DNA of 64,000 bases from Candidatus Thorarchaeota archaeon (GTDB lineage Archaea; Asgardarchaeota; Thorarchaeia; Thorarchaeales; Thorarchaeaceae): contig JAWOEX010000010.1 of NCBI GenBank assembly GCA_046482545.1, positions 128,001 to 192,000 of the forward strand, in the 5' to 3' direction. A program made the translations under genes and the position numbers. Below are positions 57,571-64,000 of this stretch, in pieces (positions within the stretch are counted from its first letter, which is position 1; every line of letters starts with the position of its first letter). The notes under the pieces were generated by a model. The model had not been told where the DNA came from and made no database searches. It was given only the letters and a program-made list of their open reading frames with translations.

Positions 57571-60500
57571 CTCTTCGCGAATCCTGTTTTCTATAATACG
57601 TGGGCCTATGACATCATGGAAAAGCTGCAGGTACGCCTTATCCTGCGACACAAGAGCTATCGGAGGGCAGCTTTTGCGGGAACCAGCTAATAGTATCTCG
57701 CAGGAATCAATAGTCGCGAGCAAAGCTGGTGATCGCGTCCGCCAAATCCGCCAGCCTTCCATCTCCTCAAGTTCATGAGGTACATCCGCAGATTCTGGTA
57801 AGACAAGGATGCGTCTTCCGGGTGCTTTCACCTTGCTCAGCACTTCGGAATCTAATGAAGCGGGATTATCAACCGACACAAGAACAGACTCTTTTGCACG
57901 CCCAATCATGCCATGCAGGTAACCCTGAATCTCTTCATCACCGGAAACATACCAAGTCTTTTCGTTTGCTGGAACACTGAGCTTCTGGCCTGCTTCTGTA
58001 AGAGTTTCTAATCCATCTATTGCAGAGGATATCACATGGGTCATTCCCTCTATCGTCGTATCAAGGGATTGCCGCAATGAGTTGACCTGCTTCTCTCGTT
58101 CAGTTTGCCAACGTTTCGACTCTTTCTCTATTGAACTGGTCAGAGCATTGACAGCCTCGTTTCTTGCTCGACGAATATTCGATTTCTTCTTGTTTGCAGC
58201 ATTGTTGGCTTCAGTCACGCATTCAGTTATCTCGGTGTTAGTTTCAGCAATGTTAGACCTCACATCTTCCATCACACGATGATTCTCCTGACTCAGTTTT
58301 GTCTTGAGTTCAAGACCCAACGACTCAAATTTTCGTGATGCATACAGATTTGTCTCAATAAGACTCTCTAGCGCCTTATCAAATACCACACCCGATTTCT
58401 TGCTGGTCTGTTCGGTAGTTTGGTCTAGCAAATCGCGGTATTCTTTTATTGCCCTGTTCTTGGACGCATTCATCTGATTTTTCTCTTCACCCAGTTTTGT
58501 AAGAACAGTATCACATTGGGAATTAGTCTTATTCACCAAGCTGGTAAAGGACTCATCCACAATATTGGAAAGTTTCTGTGGCAGGTCATCAACCGTATTT
58601 CTGCTTTCGTTCAGTTTTGTTGAGGTCGTTGCCTCAAACTCAGTAGCGTGAGATCTCAAACTCTCTTTAGTCTCTTTCAGATGTTTGGTTCCAAGAGTTT
58701 CCAACTGATCTGCATGCTCATCACCCATCTCAGAAAGGCTCTTCCCGATATCGATTGCGGTTTCGCCCAGCTGTTCTTGAGTGGATTCAATTTCACCTGT
58801 AATATTCTCTTCAAGAGAGTTCAGAGATGATAACACCTTCGTAATTGAGGAGTCAATCTGAAGACCAGCGCCAGCTAATGCCGTTGATACTTCAGTCCTT
58901 CTTTGATTCATGCTGGAAAGAATTTCCTCTCCAAGTGCTCGCCTCTCTTTGAGTCCCTCCCTCTCTGCTTTTGCTAGAGATGATTCATAAGAGTCCATCC
59001 TCTCAGAAGATTTCTTTGTCATATCGGACGTAATTATATCCAGCTGCTTGCTCGCTTCTGTTAGGAGTCGTTGGTCTGAATCAGATTGCTGGTTAATGGC
59101 GGTTGCAAGTAGATTCTGTACCCGTTTAGAGCTCCGCTCAATCTCACTTGCAGTTGCTTCTGAAAGGTTTGCAACACGTTCTTCCACGTTGATGCCTGCC
59201 TGTTCAAGGGATTCACCGAACGTTCCAGAGAGAGTCTCTAATTCCTGATTGATTTGCACTATCGGTCCATCTCTCATCTCACGTAGAGACTGGACTGACT
59301 CGTCCATTGCGCTCTCGAGCTGCTGTACTGTCTCCTTGATATTCCGACTCATTTCTTGTTTTTTGCCCTGTGTGAACTCATCGAGCTTAGTTTGGATATC
59401 TGTAGGTAATTCTCGCACGAGATCGAGTCTCTGTCCAATTTCCGAAGAGTATTCTTGCTGCAGTTTCATAGAGGTCTCTTTGAGCCCAGTCATCTCACGC
59501 TTCAACGCAGTGTTGAACTCCGTGTGTGTTGATGACACAAAATCACGCGTCTCAATGACTTGACTGGTAACCAGTCCATTGAACGTTGTTTCTAGTCCTT
59601 CTGTAAGCGTGATGAATTGCTGTGTTATCTCGTCAAGCTGGCTGTGAAACTCATCCTTGATCCCCATCGCATGATTATCTATCCTAGAGATTTGGTCTTC
59701 AATGATAGATTCAATTTCACTCCGCGCCCTGCTTACATGCGAATTCATAGCTTGAACGGTCTCAGCCAGACGCTCATCCAGTTTTTGGTTTAGAATCTCG
59801 TACAGAACCTCGACTTCATCAACGTATTCTTGAGATGAGGTTGCAAATTGAGATGTAACCTCAGATATGTGTGTATGAAGATTGGATTCAAAACGTTGAG
59901 CAGTAGTATTGATATCAGTCAAGATTGCATCATTCTTGTTAGATGCATTGGTTACAACGGTGCCGAAAGTGGAGGTTATTTCATTCTGCGTTTTCTCAGT
60001 AAGGGTTTTCAGTTCGTTTTCTCTCGTTACAAGGACTTCACCCACTTGGTTAGCAGTTTCTGAGAGGCGTGTATCTATGGCCTCGGTTGTCTCAGCAACC
60101 ATTTCTTCCAAATCATCTTCAAGTTTGGCTCTGCCAGAATCCAGATTCTGACGACTTTCTTTCAATCGTTTCCGCAAGAATGATAGTAGCGTTGTCTTGG
60201 TTTCTTCAACGAATTCTGAGAAGTTAGTTTCAACAGCTGATGAAATCTCCTTCAAGTCTGTGTATTCTTCACCAACCACCGAATCGACTTTGTCCAGATG
60301 TCCTGAAATAGTAGTTTGAAGCGCATCAATGTAGTTCTTGTCGGCACTCTCCACTTTGTCAAGCTGTGCACGCATGGATCGGGATGCTGAATCCATGTAT
60401 GTGGCTACTTCCTCTCGCCAAGCTCCAAAAGCCTCATTCATAGCTCTGCTTTCACGTAGAGTAGATTGAATCTTGTCTCTCGCCAGTTGAGCATGCTCAT

Positions 60501-61464
60501 GAGTCATAGAGCGGGTGTCTATGACCAGTTTCGACAAGGCTTCCTGTGCTTCGTCATGCGCTATGGAGATGTCTCGATCCATTTTGTCAACCGTGTCATT
60601 CAAATCAGCAGAGGCACGGTTTATCCTTTCTACTACTTCTTGAGAGAGTTGAGTAGTATCGTTCGTCAGTTGTTCGGATGTTTTCTTGCTGGCCTTGCGG
60701 ATGATGTCAGTTGATTCCGATACAGCATCGGCAACAGCTGATTCCGCAATTTCCAGCAACCTGTCTGCATCTTCTCTGAACACCTTTACGGAATCTACTG
60801 CGGATGCTTTCCGTTCCTCAAGCTCTTGCTCCAATTCAGTCGATATACGTTCTACGTCTTGCTCTATTTCTTGTTGACCTTTGTCCAGCTCTGCGTGAAG
60901 TTGGCTCATATTGTCTCCGAGAGACTCCTCCATAGTCACGTCAATTTCCGACAAAGCAGACTCCATAGAATTGGAGAATTCCTCTAGAGAAGCACGCGCG
61001 ATTTCAGAGACAGTCTCAGTTTGAGATTTTACTGCCTCGAGCATTTCATCCTCACATGAGCTCAAATCGCTTTCAATTCGCTTGCTGCTCTTCTCTGCTT
61101 GCTTAACAACTGAGCTAGCAGTCTCTGAAGTCGCTTCGATATCGGTATCAAGCGATTCGTAAGAAGATTCAGCAAAACCGTTGACATCAGTTACTAGAGT
61201 TCCAAGGCGCTCAGAGAATGTCAAACCAAGGGGAACTGGTCGATAGATTGGAACTACGCCGTCAATCTTGGTGACTAAACCTTTCTTCTGAAGGCGGTTT
61301 AAAGCTCTCTCCACCTTCGTTATTGTCTCTTCAGAGACAAGAGCAACAGCCCCAGCGGTCATATTGCCGCCTAGAAAAACTGGTATTAGGACTTTGGCCT
61401 CTAGCTCTGTTACATCCAGATTAGCCCTTAATGCGGGTATTGTTTCTGTTATGGTATTACTCAA
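57565..61464 (-). CDS. 1299-aa TrmB-like protein: N-terminal wHTH, ~1100-aa helical repeat stalk, C-terminal TrmB/PLD-like domain
   Basis: TELEAKV..MTAG.VA..V..AL..L.KKGLV..YRPVP; C-terminal WYVSG.EEI..M..RAK.SV..D..EILL. Confidence 0.85.
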   Translation of the reverse strand: MSNTITETIPALRANLDVTELEAKVLIPVFLGGNMTAGAVALVSEETITKVERALNRLQKKGLVTKIDGVVPIYRPVPLGLTFSERLGTLVTDVNGFAESSYESLDTDIEATSETASSVVKQAEKSSKRIESDLSSCEDEMLEAVKSQTETVSEIARASLEEFSNSMESALSEIDVTMEESLGDNMSQLHAELDKGQQEIEQDVERISTELEQELEERKASAVDSVKVFREDADRLLEIAESAVADAVSESTDIIRKASKKTSEQLTNDTTQLSQEVVERINRASADLNDTVDKMDRDISIAHDEAQEALSKLVIDTRSMTHEHAQLARDKIQSTLRESRAMNEAFGAWREEVATYMDSASRSMRAQLDKVESADKNYIDALQTTISGHLDKVDSVVGEEYTDLKEISSAVETNFSEFVEETKTTLLSFLRKRLKESRQNLDSGRAKLEDDLEEMVAETTEAIDTRLSETANQVGEVLVTRENELKTLTEKTQNEITSTFGTVVTNASNKNDAILTDINTTAQRFESNLHTHISEVTSQFATSSQEYVDEVEVLYEILNQKLDERLAETVQAMNSHVSRARSEIESIIEDQISRIDNHAMGIKDEFHSQLDEITQQFITLTEGLETTFNGLVTSQVIETRDFVSSTHTEFNTALKREMTGLKETSMKLQQEYSSEIGQRLDLVRELPTDIQTKLDEFTQGKKQEMSRNIKETVQQLESAMDESVQSLREMRDGPIVQINQELETLSGTFGESLEQAGINVEERVANLSEATASEIERSSKRVQNLLATAINQQSDSDQRLLTEASKQLDIITSDMTKKSSERMDSYESSLAKAEREGLKERRALGEEILSSMNQRRTEVSTALAGAGLQIDSSITKVLSSLNSLEENITGEIESTQEQLGETAIDIGKSLSEMGDEHADQLETLGTKHLKETKESLRSHATEFEATTSTKLNESRNTVDDLPQKLSNIVDESFTSLVNKTNSQCDTVLTKLGEEKNQMNASKNRAIKEYRDLLDQTTEQTSKKSGVVFDKALESLIETNLYASRKFESLGLELKTKLSQENHRVMEDVRSNIAETNTEITECVTEANNAANKKKSNIRRARNEAVNALTSSIEKESKRWQTEREKQVNSLRQSLDTTIEGMTHVISSAIDGLETLTEAGQKLSVPANEKTWYVSGDEEIQGYLHGMIGRAKESVLVSVDNPASLDSEVLSKVKAPGRRILVLPESADVPHELEEMEGWRIWRTRSPALLATIDSCEILLAGSRKSCPPIALVSQDKAYLQLFHDVIGPRIIENRIREES

Positions 61465-61515
61465 ATTGCATCCCTCTGTTATACAACGGATATGTTACAA
61501 GATTACTCTTTATCT

Positions 61516-62337
61516 TCAGTCGATTTTATTTTCTTTCAATTCTAAAGCGAGATCGAAAACCCGCTTCAAGACATGCACCTCTATTGGAGAACAACCTGAA
61601 CCCGTCATAACCTCGACCGATATTTTAATCGAGTCTCTTGACGAGTTCACTTGAAAAGCTTCAAAGCTTGCCGGAATACTTTTTCGGAGTAAATCAACCT
61701 CCTTCTTGCTATACGCTCCCTCTGCTGCTATGGTTAAAATCCACCAGTTTAGAGTCATATCATCGATATTCGATTTCAAGCCAAAATGATCTGAAAGAAC
61801 AGAAGTATAGAGATTAAAAGTCTCAAAATCATCGATCTTATAGTGCGAGGGGTTTAGTATGACTAGGCTTCTTGAGTAATCAAAGTGGAATAGCAGGTCA
61901 TCACCAGCAACCAGCATAAGGTTGTTCTCTTGAGCTTCTGTGAATTTGCCCCACATTCTCCGGAATCTACTAGTGAAGTGCTTGATAGAGCTAACACGTA
62001 GGGTATCCAGAAAATCTTGAATAGGTAAACGTCTATCAGTCATTCGTTTACCTTTTCGCTCCAATATGTATCTTCGTACCTCATCGAGATACTGACGGTA
62101 GCAGAAACCCGGTAAATCTTGGGGGTCTACCCCTAAATCAATGAGCAGATTCAGAAAGCTACGGTCTTTGCAAGCGGGTCGTACGGTGCAAGTCAATCGA
62201 TCCTCTTGACAAGCAAGGCACTTCTCTTCAAACAGCTCCAAGAATTCCTTAGCAAGTACCTCATCAACTGCAGTATCAAGGATTTCAATCCTTTCTGCTA
62301 GCTTTTTGCTTTCTTTCTCTAAGGCTTTGTCGCTCAT
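61516..62337 (-). CDS. Hypothetical protein with Cys cluster
   Basis: CLACQEDRLTCTVRPAC..LPGFCY. Confidence 0.85.
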   Translation of the reverse strand: MSDKALEKESKKLAERIEILDTAVDEVLAKEFLELFEEKCLACQEDRLTCTVRPACKDRSFLNLLIDLGVDPQDLPGFCYRQYLDEVRRYILERKGKRMTDRRLPIQDFLDTLRVSSIKHFTSRFRRMWGKFTEAQENNLMLVAGDDLLFHFDYSRSLVILNPSHYKIDDFETFNLYTSVLSDHFGLKSNIDDMTLNWWILTIAAEGAYSKKEVDLLRKSIPASFEAFQVNSSRDSIKISVEVMTGSGCSPIEVHVLKRVFDLALELKENKID

Positions 62338-62454
62338 AATGTGGTGCCACCGAAATGAAGCCGACCCAGTGTTATGCCAAGAAGTGTCATTTACAAGGGG
62401 ATTGGTTCTCAGGAATCCAACATTAAACTATAAGAGATAAATCTATGGCCCTGA

Positions 62455-62784
62455 ACGAGCCTTTTCAGCATCCAAAACTGGGAACTCAATCAGCAGTTTC
62501 CCGTCTATCCAGAAGACAGCACTCGCTGGAGAGCATGGTTTATCAAATTCGATTATGGAGAAACACTGCTGGGATTGGATGATACGCGGCTGAGCATCTA
62601 TGATGTCGGCCACCTGATCGAGAGCAGGCAGCTCTATGATAGTGACACCAAGAAGTTGCATTCAATGTATGTCATCTTGAACAAGGTCAAGGACTTCTCT
62701 ACCCAGGCTGACCTCTCGGAGTTCCCGCTGTTTGCAGAAAAACTCAGAAAGAGCACGGAGACCAAGCAACCCTCAAACAGCTGA
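62455..62784 (+). pseudogene. Start-less ORF fragment of unknown origin
   Basis: 109 open codons follow directly on a TGA at 62452; antisense to both neighbours. Confidence 0.35.
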
Positions 62785-62920
62785 CCGGGTGGTGGGCGTG
62801 AATGCCGGAGATCTGTTAAGCTCATGACACAACCTACAATCCCAACGTAGGTTGCTAGATTCCTGACATACGGGTAGGATATCAACTTGGTGTATGCAGG
62901 ATGGTCTATCTCCCACATGA

Positions 62921-62978
62921 GGTAACAGGAAATCTTACACTTCTATGCGCCGATTTATTTAGGATTCTGTAAGATTTC
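62921..62978. repeat. GAAATCTTACA..TGTAAGATTTC inverted repeat, homologous to the spacer of the 53-54 kb element
   Basis: 62930-62977 is a near reverse complement of 53898-53945; 11-bp perfect IR at 62929-62939/62968-62978. Confidence 0.8.
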
Positions 62979-62981
62979 CAC

Positions 62982-64000
62982 CTATCCAGAAATATGAGTA
63001 AGCTTCTCTCGCCATTCCCTGATCTCGCTATTCAGCCGAGCGATGTCATTCTCATTAAGAGTGGCTGTAGGGGGATACGATTTGAGCTCATTGGCTCGTT
63101 TGCCCAGTTTAAAAAGAATCGGAGTGTGAGTGTCGATAATGGTGGTGAGTTGATCTCTCACAGATTCTATTGCCACAGCCATTTCGTTGGCCTCGACATC
63201 AGCATCTACCATATCGAGCAGGTATTGCATCAGCGAATCAAGATCCTCTGGCATATCACTCTTGGGTGCAGCAGTTGTCTCTTCTTCAGTCTCCTTTTCA
63301 GAAATGGCTCTCGGTTTCATCTCTTGTCGTGTAATCGAGGTGCCCAGTTTATCGGTTGTTTCTTCAACCAGAGTAATGGCATTATCAACCTTCTCTAGGG
63401 TTTTATTGTATTTACGCTCAATATCATCCAGCTGTCTAACAATGATGCCGACAATTTCTTTTGTCTCAACAATAGAGGAATTCAGATCATGAAAGCGATC
63501 CTCGAGGGCCGATAGGTCCGCTATGTAGGTTTCAATGCTGTCAATCTTCTTCTGAATTACGTCAGATTCACTAGAATCCTTAATCTTGTTCATTGTATTA
63601 CCTAGACCGACAACTGAACCAAGAATATCCTCTATCTTCTGCCCGAAATCCTCCCTCCCGTCTTCAAGTCTTGAATCGATGGATTCCAGCTTGTCTACAA
63701 CATCCTCATCACTGGTTAGTTCTGAGAGCTGGTCTTGCAGGTCGCCAAACTTCTTGTCGGACACATTCTTTGAAGAATCGATTTCATCTTTGACATCTGT
63801 TAGCGAAAGCAGAATCTCATCAAGCTTCTTGAAAATGACTTCGGTCTCTTTCGATTCGTTCATTTCAGTAAGAAGCTCGTTCATCTTGCCAATTGTTTCA
63901 TTTGTTTCATCAAGTGTGGAAAGAGAGGAAAGATCCCCCCTTATGTCATCCATCTTTGAATTCAGAGAGTCGTGATGTTTTTCGAAATAGTCATTTATCT
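62982..64000 (-). CDS. Long coiled-coil protein (5' end beyond window)
   Basis: Frame stays open from the ATG at 63953 to the window edge; heptad-rich; C-terminal YPPTATLNENDIA domain. Confidence 0.85.
   Translation of the reverse strand, partial: INDYFEKHHDSLNSKMDDIRGDLSSLSTLDETNETIGKMNELLTEMNESKETEVIFKKLDEILLSLTDVKDEIDSSKNVSDKKFGDLQDQLSELTSDEDVVDKLESIDSRLEDGREDFGQKIEDILGSVVGLGNTMNKIKDSSESDVIQKKIDSIETYIADLSALEDRFHDLNSSIVETKEIVGIIVRQLDDIERKYNKTLEKVDNAITLVEETTDKLGTSITRQEMKPRAISEKETEEETTAAPKSDMPEDLDSLMQYLLDMVDADVEANEMAVAIESVRDQLTTIIDTHTPILFKLGKRANELKSYPPTATLNENDIARLNSEIREWREKLTHISG

Noticed and set aside
160-63975. Numerous antisense or overlapping ORFs in the track (e.g. 1676-2278, 4369-4761, 20069-20512, 34847-35323, 55050-55481) and the N-terminal extensions of 26429-27877, 40946-41290 and 55714-56445
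   Set aside because: Shadows of well-supported genes; better starts are indicated by stop/start overlaps or RBS
1-64000. CRISPR arrays, tRNA and rRNA genes
   Set aside because: No regularly spaced repeats, T-loop/cloverleaf signatures or rRNA motifs seen by eye; tRNAscan-SE and cmscan would be decisive

Overview
Gene-dense archaeal window, very probably from an Asgard archaeon. A Thorarchaeia-type assignment is my inference from gene content: longin-domain protein, E2F/DP-like winged helix, Rab-fold pseudo-GTPase, MIP18/FAM96-like protein, PAC2, PDCD5 and a giant TrmB-coiled-coil protein. About 60 CDS are present. They include an anaerobic glycerol-3-phosphate dehydrogenase cluster (glpABC, an alkyl-DHAP-synthase-like FAD enzyme and an FGGY kinase), a beta-oxidation/acyl-CoA cluster, NAD salvage (pncB-pncA), an ADP-forming acyl-CoA ligase and a probable arginine synthetase. 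I recognised no rRNA, tRNA or CRISPR array. The most striking unexplained structure is at 53320-54441: two diverged, back-to-back ~510-bp units replace the middle of a ThiF/MoeB gene. Each unit has a TATA-like box at identical spacing, followed by a ~440-nt non-coding sequence whose stems are kept by compensatory changes and which ends in a hairpin and a sharp GTTATC boundary. Partial copies occur at 47054-47216 and 18056-18090, and the upstream TGTAAGATTTC motif recurs at ~46.3 kb and ~62.9 kb. This suggests a dispersed, probably mobile, large structured RNA family that I cannot match to a known class. All alignments and folds were done by eye.
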